Origin: Emiliania huxleyi CCMP1516
Taxonomy: Eukaryota
Reading direction: 5' to 3'
Assembly (NCBI RefSeq): GCF_000372725.1
Contig: NW_005202427.1
Location: 186,001 to 250,000, forward strand
DNA length: 64,000 nt
Below the pieces are notes generated by a model, which was not told the origin of the DNA, did not search any database, and saw nothing but the letters and a program-made list of their open reading frames with translations. This document shows, in pieces, positions 31,164-43,210 of the stretch. Within the stretch, counting starts at the first letter, position 1. Each line of letters begins with the position of its first letter. A program made the position numbers and the translations under genes.

Positions 31164-33967
31164 TCATCGGCGGCGCGGGTCGAGTGCGCCGGCGTGCATG
31201 CCCATGCCCGGACCCATACCCGGACCCATGCCCTGGCCCATACCCTGGCCCATACCATGGCCCATGCCGCCGCCCATGCCGCCCATCCCGCCCATCCCGC
31301 CGCTAGCCATGCAACCATTGTTGGGCCCGTTCAGGAGCGAGAAGAAGGCGGCCTGGGCGCCTTGGATCCCGTTGGCGGCGCCCGCGCGGTCGATCGCGCC
31401 GAGCAGCGCCTCTGCCGCCGCGGTGCCTCCTCCCGTCAAGTGCTGCACGAGGGCAGCCTGCAGCATGGGCGTCGTGGAGAGGGCCATCAGCAGCGGCGGG
31501 TACACCTGGAAGGGGGTCCCGCAGGCGGGGCGAGGTCAGGAGGAAGCACCAGAGGGAGGGGCAGGGGGCGGTGCATGAGCGCGGGAGGAGAGGGGTGTAC
31601 GACGAGAGTGGGTGGGAGTCCGCCTGCAGCTTGTTCATCACCAGGGCCAACGCAGCCGGACCTCCTCCGCCGCCGCCGCCCATTGCACCGCCGTTCACCA
31701 CGCCGCCCGCCCCCATCATGCCTCCCGCCCCCCCGCCGCCGCAGCCGCCCATCACGCCGCTGTGAGGCGCCTGCCTCGGTGCGCCGCCGCCGCCGCCCGC
31801 GCACCCGCCGCCCAAGCCGCCTCCCATCGCGCCCATGCCGCCGCCGCCGAGAGCGCCCGCCGTGGCGCCAGAGAGGAGCGGCTTCGGAGCCCCTGCATGG
31901 CCGAAGGGGGAGGGGCGTGAGGGCGCGACGCGGGGGCTGAGGCGGAGCAGAGACGAGGCGCGCGGCACCGATGCCGGCCCGCTGGAGCGGCTTGTCGGCC
32001 GTCGTGGGGATGACCAGTCCGTCTGCGAAGAGGACCGAGTCGCCCGAGCCGTCGTGAACCTGCCACCCGCAGCGAGGGGGCGTCAGGGGAGGGTGGAGGG
32101 GAGGGCCAGAGGGGGGGCAGTCGCTGCGCCTGCCACTCGCCGTTTGCGGCAATGCTGATCGACAAGCGCGCCTGAGCACGGCGGCCGCGGCCGCGTGTTG
32201 GAGAGGATTCTCTTCCCGAGGGCGGCGCGGTGGGAGGCGTGATCGCGCCGGGCAGTAGCTCGGCTCCATCTCGGCCATCTCTCTCGGCCGTCTCTCTGCC
32301 GTCTCTCTGCCGTCTCTCTGCCGTCTCTCTGCCGTCTCTCTGCCGTCTCTCTGCCGTCTCTCTGCCGTCTCTCTGCCGTCTCTCTGCCGTCTCTCTGCTC
32401 GCCTCCGGCAGCAGCTCCGCGAGCGAGCCGTTGATTGCCTGTTGGCGGATGACGCCGGGTGAGGAGAAAGAGGCGGCTCGCAAGCTCCGGGGCCGGGGAG
32501 AGCAGTCGCCTCGAGGGTGGAGGCAGTGCGCCATCCGCCGGAGGCGAGGGTGAGCTCGCCGCTCTCGGGCGAGAGGCGCACCTGCAAAGGGCGGGGGTCG
32601 TGCTGGACGAGTGTTGGGCTACGGCTCGCAGAGGAGGGAGGAGGAGGGAGGAGGAGGGAGGGGAGGGGGAGGGAGGAGGGGGGAGGAGGAGGGAGGGAGG
32701 GGGAGGGGGAGGAGGGGGAGGAGGGGGGGGAGGGGGCTCGCGGACGTGTGGGTGTGCGGGGCGGGGCGTGTGGGTGAAGGGAGGGGGGGGAGGGGACGGC
32801 GGGCGCACGATGTCGTTGCTGTGCAGCTGCACGACGATGTCGTCCCCGTCCTGTAGAACCTCCACCGCCATGGCCGCCGCCTGCCCGCTCACCGGCGCCG
32901 CACACCGCGCCCGCTTCACGCCGCGCTCGCCGCCAGCCGCGCCGGCGTCGACGCATGTGGACGCGCCGTTGGCCGCCGCGCCTTCGGCCGTCGACGCGCA
33001 AGTGCCGCCGTCGCCGCCGCTCATGGCGGCGCCGGCGACGGCCGCAGAAGCGGCTAAGTCCGCATCGCCCACCACACCCTCCTGCAAAAGTGCGGCGATG
33101 GGCGCCGAAGCCATCACAGCCGCGCCGCTGTCGGTGAGCTGCGGCGTCGTGGCCGCCGCGGCGGGCCCGCTGGACTCGAGCTTGGCGGCGGATGGCGGCT
33201 GCGCCTGGGGAGGAGGAGGAGGAGGCTGGCGGTGAGGGACAGAGAGGAGGGCTGCGGTGAGAGGCGGCGGCTGGTTGGGCCATGGTGGCACAGCGAGGGC
33301 GGCGACGGGCGCCGGCGGAATGCGAGGGGAGCGGCCATACGCGAGGGGGCGGGGAGGAGGAGAGAGGGAGGAGGAGAGGGGGTGGGGAGAGGGAGGAGAG
33401 GGGGTGGGGAGAGGGAGGAGAGGGGGTGGGGAGAGGGAGGAGAGGGGGTGGGGAGAGAGGGAGGAGAGGGGGTGGGGAGAGAGGGAGGAGGGAGGGCTTG
33501 ACGACCTGGCTGAGGAGCGCAAGCACTGCGTCGTGGCCCTCGGAGGCGGCGAGCTCCCGCGCGCCGACACCGTCCACGTTGGCCCCGAGCGAGGCGCCCG
33601 CAGCCTTGAGGCTCTGCGCCTCGAACAGCTGGTTCCGCGCCGCCGCGTGCATCAGCGGCGTCCACCCGTCGGCATCCGTCGCGTCGACATCGGCGCCAGC
33701 TCGCAGCAGCGCGCCGAGGCAGCGCGCCGATCCCTCGAGGACCGCAACCCCGAGCGGCGTCAGTCCCGTCTCGGACTCGCGCGCCTCCAACGCCGCGCCG
33801 CCGGCGAGGAGTGCCTCGAGCGCCTCGAGCTGGTCAAAGGCTGCGGCGGCGCCGAGCGGAGTGCGGCCATCGACCGGGTGACGCCAGTCGATGTCGGCGC
33901 CGGCGGCGAGAGCCTCGCCAATCTCGGCCACCCTGCCGTGCCGCGCCGCCCAGAAGAGCTCTTTCAT
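31164..33967 (-). CDS. Ankyrin-repeat protein with a central small domain and Gly/Met-rich C-terminus (multi-exon)
   Basis: ANK repeats GRTPLGAAA, GLTPLGVAV and GWTPLMHAA. Later exons VQLHSNDIV / GELTLASGGWRTASTLEA and GMG repeats. The 3' end is approximate. Confidence 0.7.
32278..32398. repeat. Intronic 11-bp minisatellite (TCTCTCTGCCG)n
   Basis: About 10 tandem units, the same motif family as 24520-24553. Confidence 0.9.
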
Positions 33968-34343
33968 GCTCCACAGGCGCGAAGCGGAGGAGGGGAGCCC
34001 TCTCGTTTCTCAAAAAAGAATTTACAGCACGGAGCCCCGCTCACGCTCACCCTTCTCCTTCCCTAACCCATGGGAGAATGAAATTGTTTATTGATTGGTT
34101 CGTGTTTGTTGGCCAGCCAGAAAATCGAGATTTTGCGAGATCGCACGTCCGGTTGGCCGTTATTTTTGAGAGAGAGATTTTTATTAACTTCTCTATTTTT
34201 GTGAGTCTTGGCGCTGCCCGTGTGTTCTAAACATGTAACGTACTTTTAGCTTACTGGGAGAAGCGAACTAGGCTCTCTAGGGGTCGGCAGGACAAACCAA
34301 ACAACAAAAACCTTCCCAGTGCTCCACAAGTGCTTCTCTGTTC

Positions 34344-35336
34344 TCATGCAGAGCGTGAGCCGTGACAGAGGTCCTCACACACCTCAGCATTGATGTCCTC
34401 ACGTCGGATGCACACGCAAAAGGAAAAGGCTGCGCTCGGCGGGAATCGTCCCGTGGGGAAGCGCGCAAAGTCCAGCCTCTCGTCGCCAAACTTGCTAAAC
34501 TCAAAGTCCGTCCACCCAAGCTCGGTCAGCTCCCGCGCCGCATCCTCCTTGCTGAGAGCATTGTCCAGTGCGCCCGGCGTCGACTTGGCCACCTCGCTCT
34601 CAGACGCGTCCATGTACTGCAACACAAAGACGGACCCCGGCGCGGCCACCGCAGAGACGTCCTTCAGCAGCTTGATCTTGCCCAAGGCGCCAAGGTACAT
34701 AATCAGACCCTCGGCGATGAATAGCGCCGGTGCGGCGGCATCGAAGGCCGATCCCTCCGACCCCAACTCCGTGGCTAGCGTCCTCTCCTCGTCCTTAAAG
34801 TCGAGATCGACGCGATGCACAGGGCAGTGCGCGGCTGGCGCCTGAGGCAAGGCGAGGCCAGGTGGTGACGAGCCGTTGGTGACGTCCCCTGAGGCATTCC
34901 GTCATTTATTATTATGCGCCTGCAGCACGCGCTCAAAGATTCGAGCCTTGCCGTCGTTCACCACCTTCATGTCCACGTTGAAGGAGCCATTGGCAAACGC
35001 CTTGTAGCACTCGAGGCGGTAGGGTCGCGTGTCCATCCCGGCGCCGAGATTCACAAGCTGCTTAAAGCCGCATGCGCACTCCTTGACTCTGTCGTCGATG
35101 AAACGGGTGCGGACGGCGACCCACGTCTTGTGAAACGCGGCCCAGTCCTCGAAACCAAACATCTGGCTCATGTTGCCGAAGCCTGCCGAGAGCGTCTCGC
35201 CCTTGGTGCCAGCCAGCGCCTCAGCAAGCGGGTCGACAAAGAGAGCGTCGGGCCGCTTTGACTCGAGCGCCCGCTCCCACGCAATCATCATGGCGCTGTC
35301 GTTTGTAAAATTGTCGACCGCATCGCTTGCTGCCAT
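34344..35336 (-). CDS. SAM-dependent methyltransferase, LCM/TIGR00027-like (two exons)
   Basis: ERALES...ALFVDPLAEALAG, VAVRTRFIDD, QLVNLGAGMDTRPYRL, VDL...PALFIAEGLIMYL. GC-AG intron at 34842-34919. Confidence 0.85.
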
Positions 35337-35537
35337 GGCTGGAGACCGTGGCAGATTGAAGGCTTCGCCGACAGTTCGCTTCGTCGCTTAGCAGGCTGCC
35401 GACACTCGGGCGCCAAGGCGCGCGATCGCAGCCGGAAGTCGCTTGTCGGCCGTCAAGGCGCACGATCAAAGAAGTCGCGCCGGCCGACCCAAGTTCTCCA
35501 AGTGCTCTCCGGGTTGCGGATGAAGCTGAAGATCGGA

Positions 35538-35688
35538 GAGAGACTGCGAAGAGAGATAGGAAGAGGCGGACGCCCAAGGGTGGGCGACGGCTAGTGCACC
35601 ACACCCCTCTCCTTAAAATCCCTGTGTGGTGGCGGCGTGCCGTCCTCCCATCCCTCCCTTGGGTTGTCCGTTTTCTTTCTTTCTTTTT
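35538..35688. repeat. Dispersed foldback repeat, copy 1 (copy 2 at 59690-59839, partial copy at about 36148-36256)
   Basis: Highly similar to 59690-59839. Internal arms GGACGCCCAAGGG...CACCACAC and GTGTGGTG...CCCTTGGGTTGTCC can pair. Confidence 0.85.
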
Positions 35689-36424
35689 GAAGCTGAAGAA
35701 TTTGAAACTCACTCACACGCCCGCATACCTTGGCATGTGAACTATGTCGCGCGCACCTTGACGAGGTCTTTGGACTTTGCACTTTGGGGTACTGCACGTT
35801 CGACCAGCCCGGAGCGCGCGCATAGTTCTTGTTGGGCCGCTCCGTTTCGCGCTTGTCCTTCCACGTCTCACCCTGAAAGTCGAGAATCCGGTTCCGCGTC
35901 ACATGCTGCGGCAGGTACGTGTAACGTGTTGATGCACCCCTCGCGGCACCGCGTGTACAGGTGCACGCTTGCACACCTCTCCGTGTCAAGGCGCGAAGCG
36001 GAGCCGGAGGAGGGGAGGCCTCTCGTTTCTCTCTCCAAAAAATAATTTACCTGTGCGACCCGGGGCCCCGCTCACGCTCACCCTTCTCCTTCCCTAACCC
36101 ATGGGAGAATGAAATTGTTTATTGATTGCTTGGTGTTTGTTGGCCAGGCAGACGCCCAAGGGCAAAATACATGGGAGACGGCTAGCACCACACACACTCC
36201 TCCGGCCAAAGGATATCCACCTCGAGAACCTCGAGAACACTCCTCCTTGAAATCCCGAACTTGCTTCATTTTTAGGATGGCACCGCATCCGCACCCAAAA
36301 CTGATGATTTCGAGGCTCGGCCACCCAGCTCACACCTCTCGTGATGATCCTTTTGCACGCACGCTCGCTGTTCGCGCCGCGCGTTCCGTCACCGAATATC
36401 GCGCCACGCGCGCGTCCGCCCGCC

Positions 36425-37824
36425 ATGGCTGGCAATTTCTGGCTCGTGTACCACGACCTTCTCGAAAGCGACGAAGAGGTCGCCTTGGACTGGTCTGCGC
36501 CCCTCCACTGCCCCTGCCCTAAGAACAGGCTGCACTCTACATCCCCGTCTCGCCACCAGGTGGACGGATATAGCGGACATTCGGTTTGACAAAATGGCTT
36601 TGGCTCAGCACGATGCCGGTGAGCCAGAGCGAGCGCCCAAGAGGAACCCTCGTGCAGCCTCTCGTGCATGTCTCCAATCACGTCCACGCCACATGTATCG
36701 TCAGGCCTATTTACGCACTACTTCCTCCCGACCGGCACCGTCGGCCCGATCCTCTCCCTCTACGAGACCGCCGAGCCGCTCACGCGCGACGAGTTTGAGC
36801 GGAGGCGCGCGCTGGCTGAGTATGGCTATGTTGAGAGTCAACTAGTCACGTGCTAGACCGCGCCGGACAACACACACTCGCTCCCTCCCCTCCCAGGCAC
36901 GCCGAGACTGGGACGCCTCTCCCCATCACCACGCTCTCGCCGCTGCTGCCGCCGGCGACGACACCGCCGTCCGCATGGCCGACCTCGTCCTCGGAGGTGC
37001 TCGCGCGGCACCCCTCCTTTGCGCGGCAGGCCATCCTCCTCCGCGTCGACGCCCGCAAGGACCTCAACCGCCACGCGGTCGCACGCAAGGCGGCGGAGCT
37101 GCAGGACGGCGACGCTCCGCCGCCGCCGCTGGCCGCCGAGACGACGGGCTCGTACTTTCTAGTGCGGCACGTGCCACTCGCCGAGGGCGCCGCCGAGGCG
37201 CTCTGTGACCGCGTGCGCAACGCCGGCCGCCTCACCTCGCCGCACCCGGCGCAGCTGCACAACCATCTGCTGCTGCCCGCCGGCGGAGAGGGTGGCGGGT
37301 CGGTCTTCACGCTGTGGGAGACGAAGGCCCCGATGGAGGCCGAAGTCTTCCAGGCCTTCATCGACTCGCCAAACAGCCCCGCGTCGGTTGAGCTCTTCGA
37401 CAGCACCACGCACGCGGTGGCGGCCGGCACGGGCTTGCTCCCCGCCGCCGCCTTCCCGCAGACGCTGAGCTTCGCGCAAAAGCTGCAGTTCCCCTTCATG
37501 GACGACTCCATGGGCGCCGTCCGCTCCGTCGGCGACATGGTCCGCTCGATGGGCGAGCTGCTGGACGAAGAGTCGCCGGCCGAGCAGGTGCTGTATGGCA
37601 CTTGGAGCCAGGAGGCGGTGGCGTCGGAGCAGGTGCCGTATACGAGGCCGCGGGAGGCCGGGGCTTCGCCCGCCACCGCGACGCGCGAGGCGATCGAGGA
37701 GAAGCTCAGGGCGCCGTTCGCCGTGCGTGCGCCCTTCCGCTCGCAAAAGGAGGCGCGGAAGCAGCTGCTCGAGCAGCAGGCCGGCCAGATCAAGGACGCG
37801 CTCGACGATGCGCGCAAGAAGTAG
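36425..37824 (+). CDS. Hypothetical protein with two tandem copies of a small alpha/beta domain (multi-exon)
   Basis: Repeat 1 (spliced): FWLVYHDL...GLFTHYFLPTG...ILSLYETAEPLTRDEFE. Repeat 2: YFLVRHVP...LHNHLLLPAG...VFTLWETKAPMEAEVFQAFID. Confidence 0.6.
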
Positions 37825-38444
37825 AGCGCTGGGCACCTTCGGCCGCGAGGAAGCGAGGAGCGTGCGCGCTAGCCCTCCTCCTCCCCCCCCTCTCGCCCAC
37901 AGCGAGGAGCGGCCGACCAGACTGAGGGAGTGGGCAGCACGGGACCACGCGCGCGGCTGGGTTGGTGCTGTGTACATACAGAGTACAGCGTACGAGCTGC
38001 GTTTGACTTGCGTGCAAGGTTGTGTGGGAGAGAGAGTACTGACATCTGGAGAGGGTGTCGGTCGTCGGAGAGACACACCTCCAGAGCCAGACCCAGGTTT
38101 TGATACCCTCTCTTCTCGCGCGCGAGAGTGTGTGGTGCGTGTCCCGGGCGCAGCAGCAGAGACGAGAGAGCAGAGGGGCAGCGCAGAGGAGCAGCAGCGC
38201 TGGGGCCTGCGTGGGCTGTGGCCGTGGGCCGTGGGGGGGGCCAGGCGCCAGCACCCGGCCAGCGTGTGTGGCGTGTGTGGGCTGTGGGGGAAACACACGC
38301 CTAAGGCCCTATCACACACACGAAAAACACTAGTGTGTAGTGAACCGGGAAATTGGTAAACGATCCCGCGTGTTGGGTCGAAAAGGACTACAACGAGAGG
38401 ATGGTTAGAACTTGGTTGCGACTTGACACACGGCCAGATCTCCG

Positions 38445-38933
38445 CTAGTAGGTTCCAATCTGCGTCAGCTGGTCTCCACCAGCGACATCCCGGAGGTGGT
38501 AGAGGGCGACTCCAGCACCTTGTGTGGGGAGGAGGAGGAGGCCACCCGTCGCTATTGTGTAGGACCAGACCAGTAGCGTCGCGAATGAGCAGATCTGAAG
38601 CGTTTGCAGGAACTCCCGAATGGCGGCGGTTCGTCCAGCCTCAGCACTGTCGCGGCACGAGGTCTCATCTGCATCAGATTCCACCTCGATCACCTCATAC
38701 GCCTCGATGATGCTGCCCAGCGCATGCCGCTTCCATGCCAGGTCCCAGTCCTCATAGGAAATCAATTCGTCGTCGTCGCTGTTTTCGCTGTCGCCGACTC
38801 GTCGCTCGACCATCATCACTGCTGCTGGCGTGGAAGGTTTGTGCTGGAGGTGGCGAGAAGACGTGTACGAGACTGAGCGGTCCGTGAACGCCACGAGAAG
38901 GACGAGAGACATGTGCATAGCCGCATCGCGCAT
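38445..38933 (-). CDS. Possible small protein with signal plus transit-like leader and one hydrophobic segment
   Basis: MSLVLLVAF...PAAVMM leader followed by DWDLAWKR and a hydrophobic stretch. No recognised family. Confidence 0.3.
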   Translation of the reverse strand: MRDAAMHMSLVLLVAFTDRSVSYTSSRHLQHKPSTPAAVMMVERRVGDSENSDDDELISYEDWDLAWKRHALGSIIEAYEVIEVESDADETSCRDSAEAGRTAAIREFLQTLQICSFATLLVWSYTIATGGLLLLPTQGAGVALYHLRDVAGGDQLTQIGTY

Positions 38934-40576
38934 CGTGCTCTCTCGGTGCCAATTCGACCAAGCCGAGGCGATTTTTCGAAAAACCCATGGAGCATTTCTT
39001 CTTCTATCCTGCGCCCGTGCTTCTCCTATACACGGCCTCTTACGCACTGTTGAGATCGCTGCGGCCTCAGTTTTTTCTTCTTCCTCAGTGGCACCTCCCA
39101 CTGTGGGCGGCGGGGCCGCTGGATGGAGGGCCGGAGGAGGAGGAGAAGAAGGAGGACTGGAGGAGGCAGCGGCACTGGTGGCCTGCCGTGGGGTACCTCC
39201 GCATACCGACCCCTTCGGGTCGGTGCAGCACTATCCCACCCAACGGATCAACCCAGGCGTCACCCATCTACCTCGACTAGTGTGCCCCATTCCCTCTCTG
39301 ACCACTTGGCAGGCCGCCGCCTCCACTCGGCTCAGCAGGCCTCCGCTCACTGCCCCACCTCTGGGGTGGTTAGCACGCCCCCCCCCCCCCCCCCCGATCC
39401 GGGATCGCTGCGAGTCTTCGGGCTCTGCTGCGGAGTTACTCTCAGCCTCGTTCTCTTCGTCTTCGACTTCGGCCCCCCACCGCGCTTCACCGCCCTCTGC
39501 GCATGTCTTGTCGCCCTAGGGGCTCGGGCCCAGGCCTGAACTCCACTCTTGGGGGCGGGGAGGCGGGGGCGCCCGGAGGCACCGTGCGCCGCACAGCAGT
39601 GCGGAAAAACGGGGCTCCGGCGCTCAGAGTCGCTTAGAGCACCGACTTCCCGATTAAGCTAGGTTAATCAGAGGGCAGATTTGGAAAGATCTCGAGGAGT
39701 ACATACAGATAGACCCTCCAACCATCAGAAAACTCCGACCTGATCGGTCACTGACCGCCGACAGAACACTGCAGACAGCACCGACAGGCCGACGTCTGTA
39801 CGCGGCCGGCCGGGCGAGAGGCTTGACACGATCCGACCCTGCGACCCTGACGCTGCTGCTCTAGCTATCAGACATGCACTACTGACTGCTGCCACAATGT
39901 GCGACCGGTGCTGGCCCACTTGGCGGCCTTCCCGGTCAGTGGTGAGGCGCAGTTCAGAGCTGTGGATGGCTGGCGCGACATGCCGCACTGGTCCCACATC
40001 GGTGACACGAGACCACCACGTGTTTGCCGGTCCAAGAGAGAGGCGCCGGCGCGGTCCTTAGAAGGTGCATGGTCCCTCTTGACTGCCCATGCGCGCGAGG
40101 CTGTGTAGCCATAGCCTCGAGAGTGCCAGCAGCCAACCCGAGGCAGTTTGTGACGCGCATTGCGTCAGAAGCGTGCACGCGGCTGGAAGGACACCTTCCT
40201 ACTGGCCGTACGATCAGGTCGTCACTGAATGCTTGATACTAAGGCCGCGAGCTATGCAGGTGGTCAATTGCGCAGCAGGGCACGGTCAGCAGCGCCGACA
40301 GGCTGTCGCAAGGCGTGATAGCATGGCCGCAAGTACGCCGAATTCCCGTGAAAACCCTGTGCCTGTCAGCAGTCCACCCTTGGGTATGTTCGTAAGAGCC
40401 ACATACACTGAAAACAAGTGAAAAATCGCGCAAGGAGAAAAAATCCCGAAAATTTCGGCGCCTGCGGCGGGCCATGGTACCCCATCTCCCCCCCGCATGG
40501 GTACCCTCTATCTAGGGCCTCCCCCAAGAGGAACTCCTCACTGCACTGTTGCAGATTGTGGTCCCTTCCTTGTATA

Positions 40577-41156
40577 TCTCCTCCACCTGGAAAAGTTATA
40601 TAGGAGCACCCCGGTTCGGACATCGGCGAACGATTGGACGGTGCCTCCAACTGAGCCAAATGGAGCCCTGTGATGTGGGACCTCACTCCCAGAAGCTTGG
40701 AGCTTCAGGCCGCGACCACGTGGCTAGGTGGACACTAAAGTGCCATTTTGGCGCCAAATCTTGGCGGGAAATGACACGTGGCTTGGCGGGAGTGTGGTGT
40801 GGCTGCGCTGCTCGACAGCGCTGCTGTTGAGCGCCAGCTGCTGCTCCCTTCAGCCAGACGGCCGGGCCTGCGCAGCACAACCGCTGGCCTTCCTCCTGCC
40901 CCACAGGAGCGCGCCAAGGCGCGCGTCTGGGCAAGCAGTGCGTCTCATCGCGATGCGAGAGTCGACGCTGTGACGCCGCCGCTCGCCGGCTAGAATGACA
41001 GTGGCAGCATTCGAGTACGCGTCGAGCTGTGCGTACCAGCACTCGTATGCGAGCTAATTGTGTCCCTGAGCTGCTGTGGGGTGCGTGGGCTCAGCTGCGG
41101 AGCACGTACTGGGCGGCGGTAGGGGGGTGCTCCTAAATAACTTTTCCAGGAGGAGG
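40577..41156. mobile_element. MITE-like element with about 33-bp imperfect TIRs and TA flanks
   Basis: CCTCCACCTGGAAAAGTTATATAGGAGCACCCC (40580-40612) is inverted to 41124-41156 with 2 mismatches. TA lies at 40575-76 and 41157-58. Confidence 0.75.
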
Positions 41157-41621
41157 TAGAGAGAGAGAGAGAGATTTAGTCACCTGGCAACCCTGTCTGC
41201 ACGTCTCGCGCGCGCGTGAACACTCTGCAGCCGCGTCCAGCGCGGGCGGTCGCCGTGGCCCTGAATGAAGCCAGTCATAAACTCACTTTGGACTCACTGA
41301 AGCGCGTGAACAGGCCCTATCGCCAAACGGCCCTGCTCCTCCTCTTGTCTGGCAGCAAACGCAAGCTGCGGCACAAGCCGCGTTGGCGCAGAGGAGGAGG
41401 CCAGCCTCAACGCGCCTACCCGTGCGTGGCATGCCGCCGGATCGGGCCAAGACTAAGGCTGCAGGATTCGGCCCCGGCTGCTGCGAGGGCCCTCCCGTCT
41501 GCTGTTTTCATCCTTTGACACTTCGATTGCTCGCCTCGGCCTTTGTTTGAGACGCCGCACAAGAAATGCGCGGTGCATCTTGACTTGCGGCGCTCTGGCG
41601 CGCTCTCGGCAGCCGGAGCGT

Positions 41622-42959
41622 ATGTCGCGCCGCCGAGAGGTTGCTGTTTCGGCCGCGGCCCTTGCTGGGCTGGCGGCCTGCGCCTTGATTTTCGTGCTGC
41701 GTCGACGTCGAGCACTCGCGCCTCCATCCGCACCGCGGGCACCCGCCGCCGCCCAGCCGCCGCCGCCCGCGGCCGCCGCCCAGCCGCAGCCAGCTGCGGC
41801 CGCTCCGCCGCCGCCCTTTGAGGCTGGCACGCGGCTCGTGCTGACGGGACTCAAGAGCCGGCCAGAGCTCAACGGGCAGCGGGTGACGGTGCTCGGGTAC
41901 GACGCGGCCAAGGGACGGCTGAATGTCGCGCTCAGCCAGGGAAGCCAGGGAAGAAGCACGATCCAGGTCAAGCCAGCGAACCTGCTGCCGGCGGCGGCGC
42001 CGTCCGTGGGCGAGATGACGGCCAAGGAGCTGAGCGAGCTCGGCCTCGCCGACGCGGCGGCGCTCACCGCGAGACACGCGGAGCGGGTGGTCGCCCTGCT
42101 GGGCGCGCCCGACTCGGCCGTCGCCGCGGGCATGCTGCTCCGCTGCTGCTGCCAGGTGGAGTGGCAGCTGCTCGCAACGCGCGACGTCAAGAGCGGCGCC
42201 GAGGCGCCATTCACCTTCGAGTCTGGCGTGCCGGAGAGTGCAGGCGCGGGCGGCAAGGCCATCGTCCTCGCCTCCTCCGCGGCGAAGCTCGAGCGGCTCC
42301 GGGCCCTCAACCAGCCGCCCGCCGGCTCGGAGCTCGTGCTCAAGCCGGTGCGCGGGCGCGAGATCTTCGCGGCCGCCACCCTCGACGGCCTCGGCATGGT
42401 CACGCTCGACCCGACGCTCGGCGAGCGCGCGGACGACTCGCGCTTCACCGCGCTGCCCGCCCCGTACTTTGCGCCGCTCTGCCACATGTCGCAAGCGCTG
42501 CACGTCGAGAGCCTGCTCGGCGCCGTCGAGCGGCTCGCGCGCGCGGGCGAGGCGCACGCGGCGGAGGAGGCCGAGGCGGCGCGCGCCTTTGGGGCGCACA
42601 CCTACTTCTGCTTCAACGCGTCGGCGAGCGAAGACAGCATCCTCCCCGTCACCGCCATCGGCCGCGGCGAGAAGGGCGGCGGGGCGCGGGGCGGGGCGGC
42701 GTGGATTCTGCTCTACACGTGCGAGATGCTGCTCGAGCACGCGCGGCCGGGGATGGAGCAGCGGGGCATCTTCCCCGAGGGGCAGCAGCTCGCCGCCACC
42801 GCCGTGCCGCTCGCGTCGGTGCTCACGACCCTGCAGGGCTCGGCGGCGAACGCGGGCGTGCACATCAATGAGTTTGTGCCCGGGCTCGCGCCGAGCGCGA
42901 AGGCGACGCATCTGGAGAGCGAGTTCCTCTCTCGCTTCCTCGCACTGGCTGGCGCGTGA
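41622..42959 (+). CDS. Intronless membrane-anchored protein with an SH3/KOW-like module and two SseB-like repeats
   Basis: N-terminal TM anchor, Pro/Ala linker, GTRLVLTGLKSRPELNGQRVTV...VKPANL, then repeats KAIVLASS...GMVTLDP and WILLYTC...GVHINE. Confidence 0.65.
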   Translation: MSRRREVAVSAAALAGLAACALIFVLRRRRALAPPSAPRAPAAAQPPPPAAAAQPQPAAAAPPPPFEAGTRLVLTGLKSRPELNGQRVTVLGYDAAKGRLNVALSQGSQGRSTIQVKPANLLPAAAPSVGEMTAKELSELGLADAAALTARHAERVVALLGAPDSAVAAGMLLRCCCQVEWQLLATRDVKSGAEAPFTFESGVPESAGAGGKAIVLASSAAKLERLRALNQPPAGSELVLKPVRGREIFAAATLDGLGMVTLDPTLGERADDSRFTALPAPYFAPLCHMSQALHVESLLGAVERLARAGEAHAAEEAEAARAFGAHTYFCFNASASEDSILPVTAIGRGEKGGGARGGAAWILLYTCEMLLEHARPGMEQRGIFPEGQQLAATAVPLASVLTTLQGSAANAGVHINEFVPGLAPSAKATHLESEFLSRFLALAGA

Positions 42960-43210
42960 GGGGGCGGGTTAGCGTCCGGTCTCGGTGCCGATGTGTGTGT
43001 GTGTGTGATTTGTGTGTGTGTCCATGAGATGTGATGTTCTCGCGCTGGCCAGGGCGACCCCGGTCTCTCTCCGCTCTCGGTCTCGGGGCCGTCTCGACTG
43101 GGCACCGTGTGTTTCTCGCGGCTTTCGGCTCGTTAGTGTCGTTTCGTCTTTAATCTTTAAAACCATTCTTTATAGTTTAATGTTTATTCTCGAGATAGAG
43201 GATAGTTATC

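Larger units (their letters stand above)
33975..36152. repeat. Direct repeat pair (33975-34121 and 35989-36152) flanking the methyltransferase gene
   Basis: Shared core GCCCCGCTCACGCTCACCCTTCTCCTTCCCTAACCCATGGGAGAATGAAATTGTTTATTGATTG is identical in both copies, with more diverged flanks. Confidence 0.85.

Noticed and set aside
35624..35653. Resemblance to the 5' end of 7SL/Alu RNA
   Set aside because: Short and imperfect, the rest of SRP RNA is absent, and the foldback repeat explains the sequence.
41183..41195. hAT-like end TGGCAACCCTG
   Set aside because: No partner inverted end found nearby.
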